From an uncultured virus (IMG/VR IMGVR_UViG_3300021963_000098) (Duplodnaviria > Heunggongvirae > Uroviricota > Caudoviricetes): DNA of 20,000 bases. The notes under the pieces were generated by a model. That model made no database searches, was not told where the DNA came from, and saw nothing but the letters and a program-made list of their open reading frames with translations. Within the stretch, counting starts at the first letter, position 1, and each line of letters starts with the position of its first letter. Location of the stretch: IMG/VR virus record IMGVR_UViG_3300021963_000098. One strand, written 5' to 3'. The position numbers and the translations under genes were made by a program. This document shows positions 1-8,112 of this stretch, in pieces.

Positions 1-2
1 AG

Positions 3-683
3 TATGATGACCAACAGAAAGTGTTGTTTGTCATTGACTCATTGGGTATGTTACTGACTCCTACTGATGTTAATCAATTCCAAGCCGGTGATATGAAAGG
101 TGATATGGGTCGTAAGCCCAAGTCACTTGCGGCACTGATACGTAACTCAGTTAACTTGATTGCGGCACATCCAGTTGGCATCATTGCAACTAACCATACC
201 TATGCCAGCCAGGACATGTTTGATCCGGATGACAAGATTTCCGGCGGTCAGGGCTTCGTGTACGCAAGTTCTATCGTTGTAGCTATGAAGAAACTCAAGC
301 TAAAGGAAGATGAAGAAGGCAACAAGATTTCAGACGTAGTTGGTATCCGTGCCGCTTGTAAGGTTATGAAGACACGATATGCCAAGCCGTTCGAAAGTGT
401 CCAGGTCAAGATTCCTTATACGTCAGGCATGAATCCATACTCAGGTTTGGTTGATATGTTTGAAAGCAAAAACATGCTCAAGAAGGAAGGCAACAGCTTG
501 GTTTATACTACAACTGATGGCGAAGTTATCAAACAGTTCCGCAAGGCTTGGGAGCGCAATGATAATGGTTCATTGGACAAGGTCATGGCTGATGTTGTTG
601 AACGTGATAAACTCGAACTGTTAAATAAGCCAATCGTAGCTGTGAGCGACGAGTTGGATGAGGAATCCGTTCAAGGAGAATAA
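3..683 (+). CDS. uvsX: RecA/UvsX-like recombinase, 5' end outside the window
   Basis: Frame is open from base 3. Walker B VLFVIDSLG, GDMG, NHTY and ISGGQG..YASS motifs, and K-T-R followed by GMNPYSGL, are typical of phage UvsX/RecA. Confidence 0.92.
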   Translation, partial: YDDQQKVLFVIDSLGMLLTPTDVNQFQAGDMKGDMGRKPKSLAALIRNSVNLIAAHPVGIIATNHTYASQDMFDPDDKISGGQGFVYASSIVVAMKKLKLKEDEEGNKISDVVGIRAACKVMKTRYAKPFESVQVKIPYTSGMNPYSGLVDMFESKNMLKKEGNSLVYTTTDGEVIKQFRKAWERNDNGSLDKVMADVVERDKLELLNKPIVAVSDELDEESVQGE

Positions 684-685
684 AA

Positions 686-976
686 TTGAGTTTGTATGAT
701 AGTGAAGCATCAATGGTAGTTGATGCTTGGGCCGCAATCAAACCATATCTTAACAAAAAAGATAGAGATGATGCCGCCCAGGCATTTTTACGTACCTTAG
801 AAAATTACGTTGACATTGAAACCATGGCCAATGACATTGCCGGCCATGATGGTCCGTTGGATCGTGCACTGTCAGTGTTGTATGGTGGTTTAGATAATAG
901 TGACGATGACAACTACAATGACCCCGAAGGTGATGAAGAGTTGTTCAGCGGCGGATATGATGATGAAGAAGATTAA
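686..976 (+). CDS. Hypothetical protein with very acidic C-terminal tail
   Basis: TTG start 7 nt after AAGGAG (673-678). Packed tightly between uvsX and uvsY. D/E-rich tail. Confidence 0.75.
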   Translation: MSLYDSEASMVVDAWAAIKPYLNKKDRDDAAQAFLRTLENYVDIETMANDIAGHDGPLDRALSVLYGGLDNSDDDNYNDPEGDEELFSGGYDDEED

Positions 977-979
977 TCA

Positions 980-1438
980 ATGAGCACATGGTTCCGGAAG
1001 GTAACAGCAGATATAGGCCATTTACCAGACGCTATTGACTGGTTCGAAGCCCAGCTTGAAGAAGCCAAGGCTGAAATCAGTCTTCGTGGTAATGTGGAGA
1101 AAAATGCACGTGATCTTCCGGGCATCATTGAGCATAGGTTTAATCAGCTACAGGAAATTGAAGCCATACTAGAACATCTTAACATTGAACTAAGACGTTT
1201 ACGAAGTAATCACTTTAAGAAGTATCTAGAACATTACAACAGGGCAATGAGCAGTCGCGATGCTGAAAAATATAGCGATGGCGAACCCGAGGTGTTAGAG
1301 ATGCAACGTCTCATAAATGAGTTTGCTCTAGTACGTAACAAGTTCCAGGGCTTGATCAAAGCGATTGATACCAAGAACTTCATGATTAGTAACATTACTC
1401 GACTACGTGTCGCTGGAATGGAAGATGCAAGCGTCTGA
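980..1438 (+). CDS. uvsY: UvsY-like recombination mediator
   Basis: 152-aa helical protein with KKYLEHY..AMSSRDAEKY.DGE and a C-terminal K.F.I.NI..LR..G pattern as in T4-like UvsY. Lies next to uvsX. Confidence 0.75.
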   Translation: MSTWFRKVTADIGHLPDAIDWFEAQLEEAKAEISLRGNVEKNARDLPGIIEHRFNQLQEIEAILEHLNIELRRLRSNHFKKYLEHYNRAMSSRDAEKYSDGEPEVLEMQRLINEFALVRNKFQGLIKAIDTKNFMISNITRLRVAGMEDASV

Positions 1439-1991
1439 TATTTCATGTGTTGCAGACATTGTTGGTGCCAAGTTTAACGCATTACGAAGTACCAACCAAC
1501 GTGCGTATGCAGACTATCTAGAGTTCTATGTCTGCAAGTTGATAGAAGACACTTATCCAGATCTTTACAAAGCATCAACCAGTGTGCGTAGCCCAGAAGA
1601 TTTCATGCTAGGCAGCATTCTTGTTGATGTAAAGACACGATGCATCAACAGAGAGTTTAGCATGCCTAATCTCATCAGCGTTGATCGTGCAAGCAAGATC
1701 CTTGCTGACCAAACACGTGACATTTGGTATTGGTTCATTGATTATGAAGTGCATACTGACGGCACGTTCAGTATTGTATCATCAGAACTCACACCCATAT
1801 GGCATCTCAACTGGGAAGCCCTTAGCATACAGAACCTCGGGCTTGGGCAGATACAGATATCCAACTGGGCAATGCTCAAGGACCCTGCGCCAGCCAGGGC
1901 ATTTTGGTGTTTGAATTTAACAAAAAGAACACGTGAATTCTATGTGCGCCTGCAACAAAAGCTGGAAAAACGCATAAAAGCCCTGGGCTAA
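1425..1991 (+). CDS. Putative PD-(D/E)xK restriction-endonuclease-like protein
   Basis: Helix motif RAYADYLE, then PEDF...VDVKT (D...D-x-K catalytic pattern), FSMPNLIS and LGLGQIQI. ATG at 1425 overlaps the end of uvsY. Confidence 0.6.
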   Translation: MQASDISCVADIVGAKFNALRSTNQRAYADYLEFYVCKLIEDTYPDLYKASTSVRSPEDFMLGSILVDVKTRCINREFSMPNLISVDRASKILADQTRDIWYWFIDYEVHTDGTFSIVSSELTPIWHLNWEALSIQNLGLGQIQISNWAMLKDPAPARAFWCLNLTKRTREFYVRLQQKLEKRIKALG

Positions 1992-2042
1992 GTGCTTGAT
2001 TTTTAAGCAGTTTTTAGCCTTGCTAAGTGCTTGATTTTTAAG
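1987..2042. repeat. Perfect 21-bp direct repeat GCTAAGTGCTTGATTTTTAAG, two copies
   Basis: Copies at 1987-2007 and 2022-2042, 35-bp period. Confidence 0.95.
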
Positions 2043-2076
2043 GGATTTTTCTACTACTTTATGCTAAATTCTGTGG

Positions 2077-2096
2077 GTGTTGCACAAATACAACAC
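2077..2096. promoter_or_regulatory. Palindromic operator-like site GTGTTG-N8-CAACAC
   Basis: Perfect 6-bp arms, 40 bp upstream of a sigma70-like -35 box. Confidence 0.5.
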
Positions 2097-2135
2097 AAAA
2101 AACCCAAAAAAAAGTGAAAAAACTGGTAAAACCGG

Positions 2136-2164
2136 TTGACTGCAAGCCCGCTCTAGTGCATAAT
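2136..2164 (+). promoter_or_regulatory. Sigma70-like early promoter for the AAA ATPase gene
   Basis: TTGACT-17 bp-CATAAT with upstream A-tracts (UP-like). AAGGAG at 2187-2192 precedes ATG 2198. Confidence 0.75.
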
Positions 2165-2197
2165 ACAAACACTAGGCAATTAAACAAAGGAGCTTGT

Positions 2198-3268
2198 ATG
2201 TCAACAGTAACAATTTTGCGCGGTAGCTACCGCAATGTGCCCGTCCGTAATCGTACGTTCCGTATGCTCAAGGACTTCCAAGTTGGAGCCAAAGGCGGCT
2301 TCGTCACTGTGCTAGGTGATGGCAGTGATGCTTTTCCTGCTAAAGCAATTCGTGTTCGTGTAAGCGGACTCAAAGACATTGTAGCAGATTCATCAATTGG
2401 TAATCGTAACGAGGAGGACATTATGGGTCTAGCTACCCAAGATGACGGCTCCGTGCTTCGCATCGAGAAGCCAGCGGACCCAGAAGTTTACACTGAAACT
2501 GATGAGGAAGCAATTGAGCGCATCCGTCAGCGTTTTGACATTTTGGATGAGATGACACACGGTACCACTAGCGGTGCTGTACGTGCAATGATTGTGAGCG
2601 GCCCTCCAGGCGTTGGCAAGAGCTTTGGTGTTGAGAAGGTGCTTGAAGAAGCCGCTTTGTTTGACAAGATTGCTCAACGCAAGCAGAAGTTTGAAGTGGT
2701 TAAGGGTGCAATGAGCGCCATTGGTTTGTATGCCAAACTGTTCAAATACGCCGATGAAGGTTGCGTGGTAGTGTTTGACGACTGTGACTCTGTGTTGTTG
2801 GACGACTTGTCGCTGAACATTCTCAAAGCGGCGTTGGACTCTAGCAAGAAGCGTTACATCAGCTGGAACACTGACTCGCGCTTGTTACGTAGCGAAGGCA
2901 TTCCAGACCGTTTTGAGTTCAAAGGTGCGGCTATCTTTATCACCAACATCAAGTTTGAGCACGTGCGTTCTAAGAAGCTGAAGGACCACTTGGATGCGTT
3001 GGAGTCACGTTGCCACTATCTGGATCTGACTTTGGATACCACCCGCGACAAGCTCTTGCGCATCAAGCAGATTGTCAAAGACGGCATGCTTGACAGCTAC
3101 GACTTTGAAGATGGTGCCAGCGACGAGATTGTTGAGTACATGGAAACCAATGTCAAGCGTTTGCGTGAACTGAGCTTGCGTACTGTGCTCAAGATTGCAG
3201 ACTTACGCAAGATGAGCGCCAGCTCTTGGAAGAAGATTGCCGAAGTCACTGTAATGCGCAAGGCATAA
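2198..3268 (+). CDS. AAA+ P-loop ATPase with uncharacterised N-terminal domain
   Basis: Walker A GPPGVGKS, Walker B VVVFDDCD, sensor-1 IFITN and arginine finger ALESRC. Start moved to 2198 on SD and promoter evidence. Confidence 0.85.
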   Translation: MSTVTILRGSYRNVPVRNRTFRMLKDFQVGAKGGFVTVLGDGSDAFPAKAIRVRVSGLKDIVADSSIGNRNEEDIMGLATQDDGSVLRIEKPADPEVYTETDEEAIERIRQRFDILDEMTHGTTSGAVRAMIVSGPPGVGKSFGVEKVLEEAALFDKIAQRKQKFEVVKGAMSAIGLYAKLFKYADEGCVVVFDDCDSVLLDDLSLNILKAALDSSKKRYISWNTDSRLLRSEGIPDRFEFKGAAIFITNIKFEHVRSKKLKDHLDALESRCHYLDLTLDTTRDKLLRIKQIVKDGMLDSYDFEDGASDEIVEYMETNVKRLRELSLRTVLKIADLRKMSASSWKKIAEVTVMRKA

Positions 3269-3314
3269 AGTTTAAGATGGGATGATTGCCTAGTAAACAA
3301 CTCCGCCCATCTTG

Positions 3315-3346
3315 GTCCCAAGTCAGAAACGGCTTGGGACTTTTTT
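3315..3346 (+). terminator. Rho-independent terminator
   Basis: Stem GTCCCAAGTC / GGCTTGGGAC (one G-U pair), loop AGAAAC, followed by TTTTTT. Confidence 0.85.
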
Positions 3347-3366
3347 ATTTTGAACACTAGGCAAGG

Positions 3367-3395
3367 TTGACAGAATAACAGGATTCAGCTACAAT
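3367..3395 (+). promoter_or_regulatory. Sigma70-like promoter for the 3468-5582 cassette
   Basis: TTGACA-17 bp-TACAAT immediately after the terminator. Confidence 0.8.
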
Positions 3396-3467
3396 TGAAA
3401 CACTTGAGAGATATACTTTCAAGGAAGACGGCGCATTGTGCGTCATATAAACCAAGAAGGAAATATC

Positions 3468-4520
3468 ATGGCAGTCAAACGCCTTACCCGCAAGCTCACG
3501 GACGTTATCGCCGAAGTTGAAACTCAACTCAAAGCCCACTACAACGTCACACAAAAAGAACTTGATGCATGGCGAGCCCGTGCCCAAGCATTGCAACATA
3601 AATTCCCAGTCAGCTCTATGATAGCGATTGAGGACCTTTGGATTGATTACGAAGTCCAACGCGATGTGTTGCACAAGCATATCATCAACATCATGCGAAA
3701 GTGGGATCCCCGTATTTGCAGTCCGGGTTCAGCTTGTCGCATTGTAGGCAAACCAAATACCTATCTCTATGATGCACAACACCGCACCATTGCCGCAGGG
3801 CTTCTTGGCTTTACGGAAATTCCATGTGCGGTCGTGGAAACATCAGATCCAAACTTTGCCAGCTTTGCATTTGAGATGCTAAATGACACAGGTGTCAAGC
3901 GACTCACACCAGGTGATTTGCATCGCAATGCCTTGGTGCGCTACAAGAATGGCAGTCCTGATATCAAAGTTAAACGAGCACGTACCTTGCAAGACCAATT
4001 TGACAAGGTAGGTATTGACTTGCAGGACAAAGGTTCACGTGCTAGCGATAACCTACGCGGTAGCAACGACTACTTTTTCAGCCACTTCAAGTATGCGTAC
4101 AAGGCAATTGAAGTTGATGAAAAAGGTGGTGTCCTTTTTGATGTGTTAAGCGCAATCAAAGAAGTGTTTCCTTTGCAGGAAGAAATTGACCAAGGTGTGT
4201 TTATTGGTCTCAATGAGATTGAACGACTGTGTGGTACTAACAATATCAAACTGCCTGCGGGTTGGATGAAGACGCTGTTGGAAAGTGTCAAGCAGACGTT
4301 TAAGAGTTCAGCGTTGGTACATGCCAAAGCCAAGGTACAATGGGAACATGTCAAGCCAGGGTCAACTTGGAGTGCGCCCAGTGCAATGAGTAACTTCTTG
4401 CGCGAGCTACACTTGCGCAATGGTGGTACACTAGCTATTCCTTATCATGGCGATGGTGCCAAGATGGGTATCGAAGAAGGCAATGCAGCCCCGGGATTGT
4501 TCCCTGACACGGAGAAGTAA
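3468..4520 (+). CDS. ParB/Srx-fold (DGQHR-like) protein
   Basis: N-terminal IEDLWIDYEVQR ... YLYDAQHRTIAA ... IPC..F..LN pattern matches ParB/Srx-superfamily QR and DGQHR motifs. AAGGA SD precedes ATG 3468. Confidence 0.7.
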   Translation: MAVKRLTRKLTDVIAEVETQLKAHYNVTQKELDAWRARAQALQHKFPVSSMIAIEDLWIDYEVQRDVLHKHIINIMRKWDPRICSPGSACRIVGKPNTYLYDAQHRTIAAGLLGFTEIPCAVVETSDPNFASFAFEMLNDTGVKRLTPGDLHRNALVRYKNGSPDIKVKRARTLQDQFDKVGIDLQDKGSRASDNLRGSNDYFFSHFKYAYKAIEVDEKGGVLFDVLSAIKEVFPLQEEIDQGVFIGLNEIERLCGTNNIKLPAGWMKTLLESVKQTFKSSALVHAKAKVQWEHVKPGSTWSAPSAMSNFLRELHLRNGGTLAIPYHGDGAKMGIEEGNAAPGLFPDTEK

Positions 4521-4521
4521 A

Positions 4522-5022
4522 ATGCAGACGCAAACAACTAATAATATCTACAAGCATATATTTGGTCGTAAACTTCATAATACAATGACGCTAGGAGATG
4601 CTATTTCGACTCTACGAAAAATGGGTCTTATTAACGAAGGCGAAGCCGCAGAAAAAGCAATTAGCAAAAAGTCTGGAGTATCACAATGTCGTAAAAACAT
4701 GCCTGAGTCGGATCTAGTTACAGGCGAACAAATCAAACATGGGTTGACAAATCCAGACAACAGGCATGCCAATGGAGAACGCAAGCTAATTGCGTATATT
4801 TCTACTAAGCAACATACCTCAACGATTCTGGCAGTAGTAACTGAAAGATTTACTGGTAAAGAATATTATTTTATCTTTCCTTATGCATCTTACAAACATC
4901 ATAATGGAAACACGATTGGTATTCCTTTTGAATATAATGGTACACCAAAGCTCTCTAATAGATGGTGGCAGTATAATGTTGAAACTTTCAATGAACTATG
5001 TGCAAAGGTAAACTCAAAATGA
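4522..5022 (+). CDS. AT-rich hypothetical protein, possible PD-(D/E)xK nuclease
   Basis: GEAAEKAI...SDLVTGEQIK resembles an E...D...(E/Q)xK nuclease core. GGAG SD. Visibly lower GC than its neighbours. Confidence 0.5.
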   Translation: MQTQTTNNIYKHIFGRKLHNTMTLGDAISTLRKMGLINEGEAAEKAISKKSGVSQCRKNMPESDLVTGEQIKHGLTNPDNRHANGERKLIAYISTKQHTSTILAVVTERFTGKEYYFIFPYASYKHHNGNTIGIPFEYNGTPKLSNRWWQYNVETFNELCAKVNSK

Positions 5023-5582
5023 CATTACAAGAATCACTTGAATCATTCCGTGCACCAAGCTATGGTAAGACCAAGCGTAGTGCTGACACCTACCGGACTG
5101 TGGCAAATCATTGCCGCAGTCACTTGACTGGGCTGGTAGCAGAGTACAAGTCTGTTGAAAATGATCAACAGCGCCTGCGTGAGATCCGCAACGACATGGA
5201 TTACTATCTGCGTCGTTATCACGAGTACTGTATCCAACAGCGTGATGGTATGAAGGCGCACTATCATGAAGTGGATGCAGACGAAGACTGTGACTTTGAG
5301 CATTTGATTCCGGCAGCACGTATCCGTGACCTGCTGTTGGCAGATGTGTTCACAGTTGAGCAGGCGCTGAATGCTCCTACTGTGCGACTAAGTCGCGACA
5401 AGCATGAGGCATTGAAGGATGCAGGCTGGGCCAGCAAGACTCCAGATATGTGGCGCCCGTTTCGGAGATATTCAGGGGTGTTTACAGCTAAGTACACTAC
5501 CCACGATGGCACAGAGATTGATCCAGATACCTGGACCCTGGAAGACCACTTCCGCTACTTTTCACATCTGGTGATTGAATAG
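5019..5582 (+). CDS. Hypothetical protein with EHxxP (HNH/His-Me-like) motif
   Basis: ATGA overlap with the upstream gene. DFEHLIP resembles the (D/E)HxxP motif of HNH-type domains. Confidence 0.6.
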   Translation: MTLQESLESFRAPSYGKTKRSADTYRTVANHCRSHLTGLVAEYKSVENDQQRLREIRNDMDYYLRRYHEYCIQQRDGMKAHYHEVDADEDCDFEHLIPAARIRDLLLADVFTVEQALNAPTVRLSRDKHEALKDAGWASKTPDMWRPFRRYSGVFTAKYTTHDGTEIDPDTWTLEDHFRYFSHLVIE

Positions 5583-5583
5583 G

Positions 5584-5612
5584 TAGACAAACAACATGGC
5601 ACCTGCTATACT
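5584..5612 (+). promoter_or_regulatory. Sigma70-like promoter for uvsW, leaderless position
   Basis: TAGACA-17 bp-TATACT with extended TG at 5604-5605. ATG is 6 nt downstream of the -10 box. Confidence 0.7.
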
Positions 5613-5618
5613 TGCACA

Positions 5619-7094
5619 ATGAGAACATGTGTCATACGTATAACCGATGAAGTCAATGCTAAACTGGTTGGATTGGAAGTAACCACTCGCAACCGTTTGG
5701 CCAAAGAACTCAAATTCTTTATGCCCTACGCATTCCACGTTCCAGCCTACAAGCTGGGACGTTGGGATGGGTGTGTCAGCTTCTTTACACTGGGTGGAGG
5801 CACCTTTGTAAACTTGCTTGAACGCATCCTACCAGTGCTGTATGAAGAACATTATGAAGTGTCCGTTGAGGACCACAGAGAGCAACACGATCTAGATTTT
5901 GTCCCCATTGATGAAGAGTATCATGGGGATATAGTTTGGCCAGAGAATCATCCCATGGCAGGCCAGCTGGTACGACTACGCGACTACCAAGTTGATGCAG
6001 TCAACAACTTCCTTACCACACCACAAAGCATCCAGGAGATTGCCACAGGCGCAGGTAAGACTCTAATGACTGCTACCATGAGCAAATGTGTAGAACACAT
6101 TGGTCGTAGCCTGGTCATTGTGCCTAACAAGGATCTAGTACGCCAGACATATGAGGACTATCACAACCTAGGACTTGATGTGGGTGTGTACTTTGGTGAT
6201 GAAAAGCAAACAGACAAGACACACACCATTGCCACATGGCAAAGCCTCAACGTGCTAGACAAGCGTTTCAAAGACGGCGAAACCAACATCAGTTTAGAAG
6301 TGTTCTCGACAGGCTTGGCGGCTATCATCGTAGACGAAGTTCACCAAGCCAAAGCTGACGTTCTAAAGAAGTTACTAACAGGGCCATTTGCTAATGTGCC
6401 TATTCGTTGGGGACTCACAGGAACTGTGCCCAAGGAAGACTGGCAGAAGATTAGCCTTGAAGTCAGCCTTGGGCCTGTTGTGAGCAGCCTCAGTGCCGCC
6501 ACATTGCAGGACATGGGTGTGCTGGCTGAATGTCACGTCAACGTAGTACAGATGGAAGAAACTGCCGAGTATGGCAGTTACCAAGAAGAACTAGAATATC
6601 TCACTACCAACAGCACACGATTAGACTACATTGCTGATCTTGTCAAGAACATTGCAGACACAGGCAACACCCTGGTGCTGGTTGATCGTATTCGTGCAGG
6701 AGAACAGATAGTAGAACGCATTGAAGATAGTGTGTTTGTATCTGGTTCAATGAAGAGCAAGGACCGTAAAGATGAATATGATGAAGTTGCGACTTCGACT
6801 GGAAAGGTTATTGTTGCTACCTATGGAGTGGCTGCTGTGGGTATTAACATTCCTCGTATTTTTAATCTGGTACTCCTGGAACCCGGAAAGAGCTTTGTCC
6901 GAGTTATACAGTCTATTGGGCGCGGTATTAGAAAAGCACAGGACAAAGACTTCGTACAGATCTGGGATTTGACCAGTACCAGCAAATTTAGCAAAAGACA
7001 TTTACGTGAACGAAAGAAGTTCTACGCGGATGCAAAGTATCCTTACTTGATAGAAAAAGTAGACTACCGTTCACCTAAAAAGGGAAAGAAATGA
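5619..7094 (+). CDS. uvsW: UvsW-like superfamily 2 DNA helicase
   Basis: LRDYQ Q-motif, IATGAGKT, IIVDEVH, GLTGT and QSIGRG, plus the N-terminal Y..G.WDG motif of T4 UvsW. Confidence 0.92.
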   Translation: MRTCVIRITDEVNAKLVGLEVTTRNRLAKELKFFMPYAFHVPAYKLGRWDGCVSFFTLGGGTFVNLLERILPVLYEEHYEVSVEDHREQHDLDFVPIDEEYHGDIVWPENHPMAGQLVRLRDYQVDAVNNFLTTPQSIQEIATGAGKTLMTATMSKCVEHIGRSLVIVPNKDLVRQTYEDYHNLGLDVGVYFGDEKQTDKTHTIATWQSLNVLDKRFKDGETNISLEVFSTGLAAIIVDEVHQAKADVLKKLLTGPFANVPIRWGLTGTVPKEDWQKISLEVSLGPVVSSLSAATLQDMGVLAECHVNVVQMEETAEYGSYQEELEYLTTNSTRLDYIADLVKNIADTGNTLVLVDRIRAGEQIVERIEDSVFVSGSMKSKDRKDEYDEVATSTGKVIVATYGVAAVGINIPRIFNLVLLEPGKSFVRVIQSIGRGIRKAQDKDFVQIWDLTSTSKFSKRHLRERKKFYADAKYPYLIEKVDYRSPKKGKK

Positions 7095-7591
7095 AAATAC
7101 TAACACATGATAACAACACGTTTGAGTTGAATACTCTACCAGAAGAAATAGATGATCTGCGATATGGGGTCCTAGATTACAGTGATCCAAACAACCCTGA
7201 TTATTTTTTTGTGCCTCTTATTTTTCTTGAGAACTTTTATGCGCCTGCCGCTGTGCTACAGATAGGGCCTTATCAGATTGAAATGCCCTTGGACTGGAGC
7301 ATTGTTATCGGCGAACCAGACCACGGCGATCCGGAAATTGTTCCTATAATGAGTTTGAACGACAGAGGATTCAAGACATTTGCATTTAATCCAATGAAGA
7401 GCTTCAAGCCGGAATGGCTAACAGTTGACATAGTCAACGTCTATCAAGAAGTGCGCTGGTACTTTCCAAAACTAAAGTATGGACACATACTGGCATTGCC
7501 ACTAACTGATGGACCAGAGCCCTTGTGTGCTTACTTTGTGAAAGAAACAAATAAGATTCCTGAAGTGCTCGACATTAGCAAGATGTGGTAG
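7091..7591 (+). CDS. Hypothetical beta-rich protein
   Basis: ATGA overlap with uvsW. Intact 166-aa ORF within the operon. Confidence 0.8.
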   Translation: MKILTHDNNTFELNTLPEEIDDLRYGVLDYSDPNNPDYFFVPLIFLENFYAPAAVLQIGPYQIEMPLDWSIVIGEPDHGDPEIVPIMSLNDRGFKTFAFNPMKSFKPEWLTVDIVNVYQEVRWYFPKLKYGHILALPLTDGPEPLCAYFVKETNKIPEVLDISKMW

Positions 7592-7597
7592 TATAAT
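7569..7597 (+). promoter_or_regulatory. Sigma70-like promoter, leaderless position
   Basis: TCGACA-17 bp-TATAAT. ATG 7603 is 5 nt after the -10 box and has no SD. Confidence 0.7.
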
Positions 7598-7602
7598 ACA
7601 AC

Positions 7603-8112
7603 ATGGCAACCAAACCTAAAGCAACAAAAGAAAAGGCAGCATCCAAAGAACGCAAACTGGATATCTTCCAGGAAGTGTTGCCGGGCATTGATCGTCGTAA
7701 TATGGAATTCTTTGGCAAACTGTCAGACGAGCAGAAGAAAGAATTTAGCCCTTGGTTGATACAACGCTGGGCGGCCAGTGTTGAAGGATCATCAGGTGTG
7801 CAGGAATATTTCATACAAGCAGTCAATGAGCGTTCCAACATCAACATGAAGGAACTCAAGGACCATCCAGAACTACAGTGGATGCTGTTGTCCAGTTGCG
7901 GCATCAAGAAAGCATACAGGCGCAGTTGGATTGGCGCGGCAAAGGGCGTGAAGAAAGACAAAATCACAGAGTTCATTGCTGAGCTTTACCCCAGTGCAGG
8001 CGAACAAGAAATTGAACTCATGCGTATCATCAATGATGAAAGCGAGCTCAAGCAAATTGCTGAACAGATGAACCTTAAGAAATCAGAAATCAAGGAAGTG
8101 TTCGGTGGATGA
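7603..8112 (+). CDS. Probable sliding-clamp loader small subunit (T4 gp62-like)
   Basis: FSPWLIQRWAAS...QAVNERSN...QWMLL...KKAYRRSWI...FIAELY follows the gp62 pattern PF.INR.LS..ANE.N..QY.F...KRF..W. Located in the replication cluster. Confidence 0.5.
   Translation: MATKPKATKEKAASKERKLDIFQEVLPGIDRRNMEFFGKLSDEQKKEFSPWLIQRWAASVEGSSGVQEYFIQAVNERSNINMKELKDHPELQWMLLSSCGIKKAYRRSWIGAAKGVKKDKITEFIAELYPSAGEQEIELMRIINDESELKQIAEQMNLKKSEIKEVFGG

Noticed and set aside
622..627. Intragenic TAAATA here and at 8659-8664
   Set aside because: Both lie inside coding sequence, and a 6-mer is expected by chance. They cannot be supported as late promoters.
1987..2042. Direct repeats as a mini-CRISPR array
   Set aside because: Only two copies, a 14-bp spacer, no repeat palindrome and no cas genes.
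2077..2096. Palindrome as an SOS (LexA) box
   Set aside because: It does not match CTGT-N8-ACAG or GTTC-N7-GTTC, so it is kept only as an unassigned operator.
2114..2197. Longer ORF-track starts (1407, 2114, 3438, 4447, 4998, 12443, 14346, 14381)
   Set aside because: They run through promoters or upstream genes. Downstream ATGs have SD sequences or coupled stop-start overlaps.
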